This document shows positions 1 to 7,844 of a DNA stretch of 32,000 nt, piece after piece. The notes beneath the pieces are model-generated. The model was not told the DNA's origin, made no database searches, and worked only from the letters and a program-made list of their open reading frames with translations. The stretch is from Formosa sp. Hel1_33_131 (GTDB taxonomy: Bacteria; Bacteroidota; Bacteroidia; Flavobacteriales; Flavobacteriaceae), in NCBI RefSeq assembly GCF_001735745.1, contig NZ_CP017260.1, forward strand, positions 2,520,001-2,552,000, in the 5' to 3' direction. The position numbers and the translations under genes were made by a program. Position 1 is the first letter of the stretch. Each line of letters opens with the position of its first letter.

Positions 1-116
1 TCAAAAATAAATATAGGCAATACAGCCTCGTTATGTTTTAAGGCTTCAAACAATCCATGGTTGTCGTGCAGTCTTAAATCTCTTCTAAACCAAAATAGTG
101 ATACAGTTGTTTTCAT
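1..116 (-). CDS. Photolyase/cryptochrome family protein, N-terminal 38 codons only (gene continues past left edge)
   Basis: Absent from the ORF track because it is truncated. The reverse complement of 1-116 starts with ATG (116-114) and reads MKTTVSLFWFRRDLRLHDNHGLFEALKHNEAVLPIFIF. FWFRRDLRxxDN is the classic N-terminus of CPD photolyase / CRY-DASH proteins. Its ATG overlaps the TAA of the upstream gene by 1 nt (TAATG). Confidence 0.75.
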   Translation of the reverse strand, partial: MKTTVSLFWFRRDLRLHDNHGLFEALKHNEAVLPIFIF

Positions 117-577
117 TAATACGTTCCAAATAATTCGGTTAATTTCTTTTGTCTGTGGGCGAAAATTTCTTCCAATTTAGGTTTTACGATAAACGGATGC
201 ACGAGTTGCCCTAGCCATCCCAATGGGACTTTATAGTCAATGATGTCTTCCATTTCTACGCCGCCATCAATCGCCTTAATAAAGTGTTTGTGATGCCAAA
301 GTGCGTAAGGGCCGTAACGTTGTTCGTCCACAAAATAATGTTGGTCTTTCACTTGTGTGATTTCAGTCACCCATTTGGTTTTAATCCCCAAAAGAGGCGT
401 CACACTGTATTGGATAATCTGCCCAGGATACATAGGACGGTCGGCACCCGATAAAATATCAAAACTCATATAGGCTGGAGTGATGGTTTTTAGGTTTGCT
501 GGATTCGATAAAAATTCCCAAGCTTTTTCTACACTAATAGGTAGATTTTGCTTTTTGTGGACAGTGTAAATTTTCAT
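116..577 (-). CDS. SRPBCC (START/Bet v1-like ligand-binding) family protein
   Basis: 153-aa ORF. Size and pattern (VEKAWEFLSNPANL...YFVDEQ..GPYALWHHKHFI) fit the SRPBCC proteins that sit next to flavobacterial photolyase genes. It is translationally coupled to the photolyase. Confidence 0.6.
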   Translation of the reverse strand: MKIYTVHKKQNLPISVEKAWEFLSNPANLKTITPAYMSFDILSGADRPMYPGQIIQYSVTPLLGIKTKWVTEITQVKDQHYFVDEQRYGPYALWHHKHFIKAIDGGVEMEDIIDYKVPLGWLGQLVHPFIVKPKLEEIFAHRQKKLTELFGTY

Positions 578-579
578 AC

Positions 580-1041
580 TTAATTATATAATGCGATGTA
601 TAAGTTTAAAGAAGTTGCGAGTACCAACCAGATGCAATAGGGCAGTACATAAAAACGTTTATTCTTAAGGGAATTTTTAAATGCTATCAGGAAATAAAAC
701 ATTAATACCGTTAAAAGTATGATGTTAAGTAAGCCTATATTGATAAGGTGTCGATTGAAAAATAGATAATTCCAAATTATGTTCAACACGAATTGAGCGC
801 TAAATAGGAGTACAACTTTTTTGGATCGATTCACTTGAATTAAAAAAGTCATATACACTGAAAACAGAATCATAATACTGCTCCAAGCCACTCCAAAAAC
901 CCAGCCGGGTGGAGACCATTGTGCTTGATTCAGATTGATGTACCATTCGGTTCGTGGGCCGTCATTCATGAGCCAAGTTCCGATTGCAAGTGCACTAAAA
1001 TTAATGAGAATAAAAAGGAGTAAGCCTTTATAAAATTTCAT
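580..1041 (-). CDS. tspO: TspO/MBR (tryptophan-rich sensory protein) family membrane protein
   Basis: 153 aa with five hydrophobic segments. Trp-rich motifs WSPPGWVFGVAWSSIM and LNIIWNYLFF are typical of TspO. Confidence 0.85.
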   Translation of the reverse strand: MKFYKGLLLFILINFSALAIGTWLMNDGPRTEWYINLNQAQWSPPGWVFGVAWSSIMILFSVYMTFLIQVNRSKKVVLLFSAQFVLNIIWNYLFFNRHLINIGLLNIILLTVLMFYFLIAFKNSLKNKRFYVLPYCIWLVLATSLNLYIALYN

Positions 1042-1209
1042 TTAGCTGTTTAGTTTGTCAATTTCATCTAATAACCCTTGCGCTTCAGAATACTTCGCGT
1101 CACTCGCGGAGCGATTCGTTGTTGAAAGTTCGTGCCATTCTGACATTAACTTTTTATAACGATCTTGAAGTTTCTCGACTGGGGTCTTTTTTTTGAAAAT
1201 TCCGAACAT
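1042..1209 (-). CDS. Small conserved protein, Lacal_2735-like family (55 aa)
   Basis: Below the ORF-track size cut-off and found by manual translation: MFGIFKKKTPVEKLQDRYKKLMSEWHELSTTNRSASDAKYSEAQGLLDEIDKLNS. It fills the gap between tspO and gpx exactly. The MFG.FKKK...L..KY..L..E...LS..NR...D....EA pattern matches a small Flavobacteriia protein family as I recall it. Confidence 0.5.
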   Translation of the reverse strand: MFGIFKKKTPVEKLQDRYKKLMSEWHELSTTNRSASDAKYSEAQGLLDEIDKLNS

Positions 1210-1212
1210 AAC

Positions 1213-1767
1213 TTATTTTAATTGACGTGTTATTTTACTACTTAATGGTTTTGTAATCGAATAGAAATAATCTACAAAGGCTCCGTTACCATCGACTAAA
1301 TACTTTTGAAAATTCCATTTTACGGAAGTGCTTTTAACACTGTTTAAATCCTTGTTGGTTAACCACTTATATAGTGGGTGTTGATTATCTCCTTTAACGT
1401 CGATTTTTTCAGTCATTAAGAAAGTTACGCCGTAATTTTTTGAACAAAACGATTGTATTTGATCTGAAGTACCAGGCTCTTGACCGCCAAATTGGTTGCA
1501 AGGAACTCCGATGACCATCAGCTTATCTTGATAGGTGTCGTACAGTTTTTGAAGGTCTTCATACTGTCCCGTAAAACCACATTCAGAAGCAACGTTTACA
1601 AACAGGATGTGTTTTCCTTTGTAGTCGTTTAGATTGATGGGACTTCCATCAAGACTGTTAATTTCAATGTTATATAAAGACATAGTTTGGTTATTTATTA
1701 TTTGTGAATTAGTTTGAATTGAAACGAAAAACAAGATTGATAAAATCACTAATTTTAATGAATTCAT
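1213..1767 (-). CDS. Glutathione peroxidase (Cys-type), with N-terminal signal peptide
   Basis: FVNVASECGFTGQYEDLQKLY and VIGVPCNQFGGQEPG are GPx signatures. The hydrophobic N-terminus is MNSLKLVILSILFFVSIQT. Confidence 0.9.
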   Translation of the reverse strand: MNSLKLVILSILFFVSIQTNSQIINNQTMSLYNIEINSLDGSPINLNDYKGKHILFVNVASECGFTGQYEDLQKLYDTYQDKLMVIGVPCNQFGGQEPGTSDQIQSFCSKNYGVTFLMTEKIDVKGDNQHPLYKWLTNKDLNSVKSTSVKWNFQKYLVDGNGAFVDYFYSITKPLSSKITRQLK

Positions 1768-1770
1768 AGC

Positions 1771-2454
1771 TTATAATTTTAAAGAGACGATACCGCAATC
1801 TAGGTTAAAAATTTGCCCAGAAATTGACTTAGAGACGTCTGAAAGAAGGTATTCTGCCATGGCAGCAACTTCTGAAGGCTCTAGGTATTTTTTCAAAGGA
1901 TGACGCTGAATGGTACTTTCAATCATGCGTTCATTTCTAAGAAATTTAGCGGCTAATTCTGTATCCGTAATCGTTGGCGCAATCGCATTGACTCTAATTT
2001 TAGGAGCTAAATCGGCTGCTACAGACTTGGTCAGTCCTTCAACGGCAGATTTTGCAGTGGCGATGCTGGCATGAAATGGCATTCCTAATTTTGTAGCGAC
2101 CGTGCTAAACAAGACGATAGAAGCAGCCTCACTTTTGGTAAGTGCTTTTGTATAGACTTGAATGCATTTAACGGCACCAATTACGTTTATTTCAAAATCG
2201 GTTCTAAAATCATCGATACTCAACCTGTTGAATGGCTTGAGATTGATACTTCCTGGACAATACACCAGTCCATCAGCATCTTCAATTTCAGGTAATTCAT
2301 CGGCTAATACATCGCAGGAAAAATGTGATAAGTTAGCGTGTTGGAACTCCGGAGCCGTTCGACTGATATTGATGACTTGATGCTCTTTAAGCAAACTTTC
2401 GGTAATAGCTTTTCCAATACCTTTACTACCCCCAATAATAATAATTTTTTTCAT
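1771..2454 (-). CDS. Short-chain dehydrogenase/reductase (SDR) family oxidoreductase
   Basis: N-terminal Rossmann motif IIIGGSKGIGKAI. Its 227 aa is a classical SDR length. It lies adjacent to folE. Confidence 0.85.
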   Translation of the reverse strand: MKKIIIIGGSKGIGKAITESLLKEHQVINISRTAPEFQHANLSHFSCDVLADELPEIEDADGLVYCPGSINLKPFNRLSIDDFRTDFEINVIGAVKCIQVYTKALTKSEAASIVLFSTVATKLGMPFHASIATAKSAVEGLTKSVAADLAPKIRVNAIAPTITDTELAAKFLRNERMIESTIQRHPLKKYLEPSEVAAMAEYLLSDVSKSISGQIFNLDCGIVSLKL

Positions 2455-2675
2455 GCTGTTAGTGGACGTCCTTTTAAACGTTTTTCAATTTTTTGTTTGA
2501 TCGCGGTTAAGCGTTTCATTAAATCCATTAATTTTGGATCTTTAGAGGTTTTATAAATTTCATTGACTCCCAATATTAATCCTTTTACTTCTCTTGATGC
2601 TTCGATACGCTCACTTGTTGTTTTAAATGTAAGTGGTTTGAGTTCAAAAGCTTCTGCTTGTTTTACAACATCCAT
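2451..2675 (-). CDS. Hypothetical small protein (74 aa)
   Basis: The ORF is tightly packed between folE (3-nt gap) and the SDR gene (4-nt ATGA overlap), which suggests real coding. No family recognised. Confidence 0.4.
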   Translation of the reverse strand: MDVVKQAEAFELKPLTFKTTSERIEASREVKGLILGVNEIYKTSKDPKLMDLMKRLTAIKQKIEKRLKGRPLTA

Positions 2676-2677
2676 AG

Positions 2678-3367
2678 TTATAGTTTTAAATAATTTTGTA
2701 ATTCAGCAATTTTTGCTGAGGTATTAAAAGTGCCCCCATAAAAAGCGGTCACAGTTGCAGAGGTATCGTCTTTGATTCCTCTGGAAGACACACATAGGTG
2801 TTTTGCGTCAATAATGACTGCTACATCCTCGGTTCCCAAAATGCCTTTTAATTCTTCTGCAATTTGATTGGTAAGGCGCTCTTGAACCTGTGGTCGTTTG
2901 GCGTAATACTGTACAATGCGGTTGAGTTTAGACAATCCGATTACCTTTCCAGATGATATATAGGAAATATGTGCTTTTCCAATAATAGGCACAAAGTGGT
3001 GTTCGCAATTGGAATAAAATGTAATGTCTTTTTCTACCAGCATCTGGTTGTATTGATATTTATTATCAAATAACGCTACTTTTGGTTTATTTTTAGGGTT
3101 TAATCCAGAAAATATTTCATCAATATACATTTTAGCAACGCGTTCAGGAGTTCCTTTAAGAGAATCATCCGTTAAGTCTAAGCCCAAAACATCCATGATT
3201 TCTTCAAATAAAACAGCTATTTTCTTCTTCTTATCTCCATCTGAAAGCTTAAAAGCATCTTTCTTCATTGGCGTTTCTAACCCAGTAAAGAGGTGGTCAT
3301 CTCCAATTTCATGATTTGAAAATCCATTTAACAAATCTTCGTTTTCTGTAGTAACTTTAGTATTCAT
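2678..3367 (-). CDS. folE: GTP cyclohydrolase I
   Basis: The CEHHFVPIIGKAHISYI zinc/active-site motif, GLSKLNRIV..YAKRPQVQERLT and HLCVSSRGIKD are all characteristic of FolE type 1. Confidence 0.93.
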   Translation of the reverse strand: MNTKVTTENEDLLNGFSNHEIGDDHLFTGLETPMKKDAFKLSDGDKKKKIAVLFEEIMDVLGLDLTDDSLKGTPERVAKMYIDEIFSGLNPKNKPKVALFDNKYQYNQMLVEKDITFYSNCEHHFVPIIGKAHISYISSGKVIGLSKLNRIVQYYAKRPQVQERLTNQIAEELKGILGTEDVAVIIDAKHLCVSSRGIKDDTSATVTAFYGGTFNTSAKIAELQNYLKL

Positions 3368-3375
3368 ATAATGTT

Positions 3376-3648
3376 TTAACGCTTTGATATTTTATTGTGA
3401 GTTATTTGTCGTTGTCTTGTACATTTAAATCTTCCAGATTCAAAAGACCGTAATTTTTGATGTTTTGTTTTTCTGCCTTGAACCCGCGCCCGCCACAATC
3501 GGAAACTTTTTGGCTTCATATAGGTGCGCATTACCTTGATTACTTCTTGCTCAGTGAGTTTAAACTGGTGCTCAATCGCTTCAAAAGTGGTGCGGTCTTC
3601 CCACGCCATCTCAATAATTCGGTCTATTTCTATAACCCCTAAAGTCAT
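3376..3648 (-). CDS. TIGR03643/DUF2805-like small protein (photolyase/cryptochrome-associated family)
   Basis: IIEMAWEDRTTFEAIEHQFKLTEQEVIKVMRTYMKPKSFRLWRARVQGRKTKH matches the family that typically neighbours photolyase/cryptochrome genes. Confidence 0.8.
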   Translation of the reverse strand: MTLGVIEIDRIIEMAWEDRTTFEAIEHQFKLTEQEVIKVMRTYMKPKSFRLWRARVQGRKTKHQKLRSFESGRFKCTRQRQITHNKISKR

Positions 3649-3687
3649 AATGCAGGCATTTTATATTGTTCGTCGAATTCTATTTTT

Positions 3688-4083
3688 TCATTTAATAAAG
3701 ATCTTAAAAAAAAATTTATTTTCATGAAAAGTTTTCGTTTTTTTAAATTGAATAAATTTTCCTTGTGCATGAATGCTCATTCCATCTGTTTTGTAAAATA
3801 CTAAATGATAGAATGGAATTGCCCATGTGAAATTTCTGTGTCCCTTGGTAATGTGTATTAAAATACCTTTTTTACGCATTTCAATATTCGCGTAATTTAA
3901 ATCAGAAACTGTATTTAAAATGAGATTCAAATTAGGACTCACTTTATCAACGATCATGCGTTTTGATCCTATGCCACGACGTTTGATGGATTCAAAAAAA
4001 GTGTAAGGCTTACCAACAAAATTATTAAATATTTGTTTGTGTTCCTTGTTGTAGTATGTTGTATCTAGAACCAATGGAGTCAT
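3688..4083 (-). CDS. Hypothetical protein (131 aa)
   Basis: It is the only long ORF in this interval and is co-oriented with the cluster. No family recognised. It is preceded by the conserved 22-mer at 4126-4147. Confidence 0.4.
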   Translation of the reverse strand: MTPLVLDTTYYNKEHKQIFNNFVGKPYTFFESIKRRGIGSKRMIVDKVSPNLNLILNTVSDLNYANIEMRKKGILIHITKGHRNFTWAIPFYHLVFYKTDGMSIHAQGKFIQFKKTKTFHENKFFFKIFIK

Positions 4084-4125
4084 TTAAGTTTCAAACATAC
4101 ACAATGTTCAATCATTTAAAATAAC

Positions 4126-4147
4126 AATTAAACAAATATTAACATTT
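4126..4147 (-). promoter_or_regulatory. Conserved 22-nt motif, copy A (minus strand AAATGTTAATATTTGTTTAATT), candidate promoter/operator
   Basis: Exact 22/22 match to 8556-8577. It lies 43 nt upstream of the ATG at 4083. It contains AATATTTG, a near match to the Bacteroidota -7 box TAnnTTTG. Confidence 0.3.
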
Positions 4148-4158
4148 TTTATGTATGT

Positions 4159-5691
4159 TTAAAATTTCTCAGGGGTTTCTATGACTTGAGAAGCTCTTAA
4201 TTTCATGGCAATTAGCTCGTCAGTTGAGAACTTATTTAACACAGAATACATCATTTTCATACGGAAGTTTGTGGCCAGTTGAGGGCGTTTATCATCTAGA
4301 AAATTCCAGTATAAACTATTAAAAGGGCAGGCATTTTCTCCCAAGCGTTCTTTGACGTTGTATTGACAGCCACTGCAGTAATTACTCATTTTATTGATGT
4401 AACTGCCAGAAGACACATAGGGTTTTGTTGCAATCAAGCCTCCATCGGCAAACTGACTCATTCCGCGGGTGTTGGGAAGTTGTACCCACTCCAAAGCATC
4501 AATGTAAATCCCCAAATACCAATCGTCAACTTCATCGGGGTGGGTTTGGGTTAACAATAAATAATTCCCCGTAATCATCAAACGCTGAATGTGATGCGCA
4601 TAAGCGTTGTCCAAAGAATTATTTATTGTTTTGCTCAAGCAATTCATTTTTGTGTCACCCGTCCAAAAGAATTCTGGAATCGCATGGTGATTGTCAAGGG
4701 TATTTAAAGTCTTGTATTCAGGCATTTGTGCCCAGTACATACCCCGCATATATTCGCGCCATCCGATCACTTGTCTAATAAACCCTTCTACTTGAGATAT
4801 TGAAATTTCTTCGTGATTTGCTCGGTAATGAACCAAAACAGAATCCACAATTTCTTTGGGACTGATTAGTTTTAGGTTCATGGCAAACGACAGACGGGAG
4901 TGAAATAGATATACCTCCTCGTTGTGCAAGGCGTCTTGATAATCCCCAAAATGAACCAATAAATTTTGATTAAAATAATCAAGTTGTTCTAGGGATTGTT
5001 TTCTGTTTATGGGGTATGAAAAGGTAGTGTCATTAAAACGCCCGATGGTTTTAATGCTAGCAGTGTGAATCGTTTCTAATATATCTTTAACAGGGTTTTT
5101 AAAGTCTAAAAATGGAGGTATTTCTGGGGAGCCTTTCCATTTGTTACGATTGCTTTTGTCGTAATTCCACTCTCCACCTTCAGGTTGTTCGCCCTCCATC
5201 AAAATATGATGTTTCTTACGCATATACCGATAAAAGCGTTCCATTACAAATTGCTTTTTCCCTTCGTAAAAAACAGATAGTTCGTCACGTTTGGTATAAA
5301 AATGTTCGGTATCCACTTCTGACGATGGAATTGAAAGCGTACTGCAAATCGATTTCAGTTGCGTATCTAACCGGTATTCATCTGGCGATTGGTATTCAAA
5401 GGATTCAATGCCTTGAGAGTTGATAATATTTTTGATATTCTCTTCTAGATTCTGAAGGTTGGTAGTGTCGTCTAAAGTTAAATAAACAACCTTGTGACCT
5501 TGTGCCTCCAGTTGTTTTGAGAAATCGCGCATGGCTGCAAAAAACCCCACTACTTTTTGAATGTGGTGTTTCACATAATCCGTTTCTTGACGCATTTCAA
5601 ACATACAATACACGGTTGATTCTGAAACAGACGCATACCACGAATGTTGTGCGTTTAGTTGATCCCCAAGAATAAGACGAAGTGTTTTCAT
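4159..5691 (-). CDS. Fe-S cluster-containing cryptochrome/photolyase family protein (FeS-BCP / prokaryotic (6-4) photolyase type, COG3046)
   Basis: 510 aa. Four Cys at 351, 439, 442 and 455 (CLSK ... YCSGCQYNVKERLGENAC) have the same spacing as the [4Fe-4S] ligands of Agrobacterium PhrB (350/438/441/454 as I recall). IGWREYMRGMYW and AHHIQRLMITGN are family motifs. Confidence 0.9.
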   Translation of the reverse strand: MKTLRLILGDQLNAQHSWYASVSESTVYCMFEMRQETDYVKHHIQKVVGFFAAMRDFSKQLEAQGHKVVYLTLDDTTNLQNLEENIKNIINSQGIESFEYQSPDEYRLDTQLKSICSTLSIPSSEVDTEHFYTKRDELSVFYEGKKQFVMERFYRYMRKKHHILMEGEQPEGGEWNYDKSNRNKWKGSPEIPPFLDFKNPVKDILETIHTASIKTIGRFNDTTFSYPINRKQSLEQLDYFNQNLLVHFGDYQDALHNEEVYLFHSRLSFAMNLKLISPKEIVDSVLVHYRANHEEISISQVEGFIRQVIGWREYMRGMYWAQMPEYKTLNTLDNHHAIPEFFWTGDTKMNCLSKTINNSLDNAYAHHIQRLMITGNYLLLTQTHPDEVDDWYLGIYIDALEWVQLPNTRGMSQFADGGLIATKPYVSSGSYINKMSNYCSGCQYNVKERLGENACPFNSLYWNFLDDKRPQLATNFRMKMMYSVLNKFSTDELIAMKLRASQVIETPEKF

Positions 5692-5757
5692 TTAAAATAA
5701 TTTAGTTTGAAGTTGTAGGAGTTGCAACGCAGTGATTCGTGTATTTACAAATTAAAC

Positions 5758-5898
5758 TCAGCTCGATTGTTTTCGTAGACTGCTGCATTTTTTACTGCAA
5801 TATTTGACGGATTCCCAGTTTTTCTCCCATTTCTTTCGCCATGTAAATGGACGTTGGCATTGGACGCAAACTTTGGTAGGGAGATTTGTTTTTTTCAA
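5758..5898 (-). CDS. DUF2256 zinc-ribbon-like small protein
   Basis: [28 protein letters not shown] is the DUF2256 signature. The track ORF (5758-5979, ATG start) overlaps the upstream gene by 68 nt. A TTG start at 5898 gives [11 protein letters not shown]..., 46 aa, a typical family length with no overlap. The start is uncertain and the stop is firm. Confidence 0.7.
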   Translation of the reverse strand: MKKTNLPTKVCVQCQRPFTWRKKWEKNWESVKYCSKKCSSLRKQSS

Positions 5899-5911
5899 TT
5901 CGAATACGGCT

Positions 5912-6532
5912 TTATTTCTTTGGACGTTGGTACTCGATGCGTTGTTTAAGAGCGGGCAAGGCATAGCCGTCCAAGCCATTTATGGCAACAATATTAGCTT
6001 TTGCTAAATTGACAAATCCATCGGTTTCAACAATATCATCTTGAATATACAAATCCTTTATTTCGGCAATGAGTTGCACGGTGTTATTGGTTTTGATGAT
6101 ATATTCCTCACAATAGGTGAGTGCCATCTGAATTGGTGCGCCTTTTACAAAGGGCGCATGCCAATCGTTTTTGTATTCTTCTTCCAGTTTTGTAATGTCA
6201 AATTCCGAGATACTTTTATCGTATTTAGCAGAGGTATGGTGCGCTTGCTCAATAATGTCTAAGTGGATATGATTCACTGTAAACTGCCCTGTTTCTTTGA
6301 TGTTATCATACGTATTTCTTGGCACATCAGACACGGGTCTAAAAACAATTCCTAGCAATGGAGGATTGGATCCTAAATGGGTTACAGAACTAAAAACAGC
6401 CACGTTTGGTGTGCCATCATTTGATTTGGTTCCAATGAGGTTTGCCGATTTAAAACCGGAGCAACTGTTCATCATGTTTATTCTGTAAACATGGTCTAAA
6501 TCATCAAAATCTTGCCGTCTTAAGTGTAACAT
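5912..6532 (-). CDS. Flavin reductase-like (FMN-binding split-barrel) family protein
   Basis: 206 aa. The pattern N-terminal region ...SANLIGT...[26 protein letters not shown]... resembles flavin reductase domain proteins. Assignment is by resemblance only. Confidence 0.5.
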   Translation of the reverse strand: MLHLRRQDFDDLDHVYRINMMNSCSGFKSANLIGTKSNDGTPNVAVFSSVTHLGSNPPLLGIVFRPVSDVPRNTYDNIKETGQFTVNHIHLDIIEQAHHTSAKYDKSISEFDITKLEEEYKNDWHAPFVKGAPIQMALTYCEEYIIKTNNTVQLIAEIKDLYIQDDIVETDGFVNLAKANIVAINGLDGYALPALKQRIEYQRPKK

Positions 6533-7843
6533 TTAGTAGTTGTTAAATTGGTTAATTTTTACAGCCGAAGCTTTCAAATCAAACATTAAATTATACAGTC
6601 CAAAAAAGGTTCGGTTGATGTATATAAAATGCTTGGAACCACGGTTGCCGTTAAACTTTCGGAGTTCGGTGCTTTTGCTGTATCGTTGTGCTAAGTCTCC
6701 GATTTTATCAAAAAAATCAGGATTGGAAAAATCAAAGATTGGATCGTGAAAAGGCAGTGTAAACACACTTAATAACTCATGAAACATATCCGTAAAAAAC
6801 ACCAGTTCCTCGGGGGTATCGGTGGGTGTTAAAATTTCTAATTCGTATAATTTCTCTTTGAACAACGCAGGGTTGTCAATGATGTTTTTGTCAGATAATT
6901 CAAAGTAAGGAATGTAAAACTCATCGGGTATGGACTTCATACATCCAAAATCCAAAGCAATCAGTTGTGCATCTTCATTTATTAGAAAATTACCAGGGTG
7001 GGGATCTGCATGTACTTTTCTGAGCGTGTGAATTTGAAACATAAAAAAGTCCCAAAGAGCCTGTCCAAGTTGGTTTGCCTTGTCTTTATCCGTGTTGTAT
7101 TTTGTGAATTCAGAAAGATGTTCACCTTTCATAAAATCCATCGTGATGATGCGGTCTGAGGAGTAATCCTCGTAATATTCAGGAAACAACAAATTAGGGA
7201 TGTGAAGGCAAGCGTTCGCAATTTCTTTGCTTTGAGAAATTTCAAGATTGTAATTGGTTTCTTCCACCAATTTGTCTTCAACTTCTTGGAAATACTTGTC
7301 CGAATCTTTTCCTTTGATATTAAACATTTTGATGGCAATGGGTTTCACCATCGCCAAGTCTGATTTGATACTGTCTGCAACGCCAGGATACTGTATTTTA
7401 ACGGCCAATTGTTTGCCATCTTTTTCGGCTTTATGAACTTGACCAATACTCGCCGCATTGACGGATTCTGAGTCGAATTCATCAAAAATTTGGTTGGGGT
7501 GTTGCCCAAAATATTTTTTAAATGTTTTAATGACTAATGGAGAGGATAAGGGCGGAACTGAGAATTGAGCTAAAGAAAATTTATCCACGTAAGCTTGTGG
7601 TAAAATACTTTTTTCCATGCTCAACATTTGTGCCACTTTTAAAGCACTTCCTTTGAGTTGTTTTAATCCTGAATAAATATCTTCAGCATTGTTTTTATTG
7701 AGATTTTCTTTGGCTTCTGATTCTGTTTTGGTGATTTTTTCACCGTAATATTTTAGGTAGTTAACGCCTACCTTGGCACCCGTTGAAACAAGTTTTCCAG
7801 CGCGTTGTATTTTTGAAGTTGGAATTCGGTCGATTGACTTCAT
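6533..7843 (-). CDS. ABC1/UbiB/AarF atypical kinase family protein
   Basis: AASIGQVHKA, LAVKIQYPGV and HADPHPGNFL motifs are present. Length is 436 aa. Confidence 0.85.
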   Translation of the reverse strand: MKSIDRIPTSKIQRAGKLVSTGAKVGVNYLKYYGEKITKTESEAKENLNKNNAEDIYSGLKQLKGSALKVAQMLSMEKSILPQAYVDKFSLAQFSVPPLSSPLVIKTFKKYFGQHPNQIFDEFDSESVNAASIGQVHKAEKDGKQLAVKIQYPGVADSIKSDLAMVKPIAIKMFNIKGKDSDKYFQEVEDKLVEETNYNLEISQSKEIANACLHIPNLLFPEYYEDYSSDRIITMDFMKGEHLSEFTKYNTDKDKANQLGQALWDFFMFQIHTLRKVHADPHPGNFLINEDAQLIALDFGCMKSIPDEFYIPYFELSDKNIIDNPALFKEKLYELEILTPTDTPEELVFFTDMFHELLSVFTLPFHDPIFDFSNPDFFDKIGDLAQRYSKSTELRKFNGNRGSKHFIYINRTFFGLYNLMFDLKASAVKINQFNNY

Positions 7844-7844
7844 A

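Noticed and set aside
2162-2556. Two 72-aa plus-strand ORFs antisense to the SDR and 74-aa genes.
   Set aside because: They lie entirely within better-supported minus-strand genes and show no recognisable motifs.
3457-3727. 61-aa and 67-aa plus-strand ORFs opposite the TIGR03643-like gene.
   Set aside because: They are antisense to a conserved-family gene and have no motifs.
4363-5423. 63-aa and 103-aa plus-strand ORFs inside the Fe-S photolyase gene.
   Set aside because: They are antisense shadows. The minus frame has the complete family signature, including the four Cys ligands.
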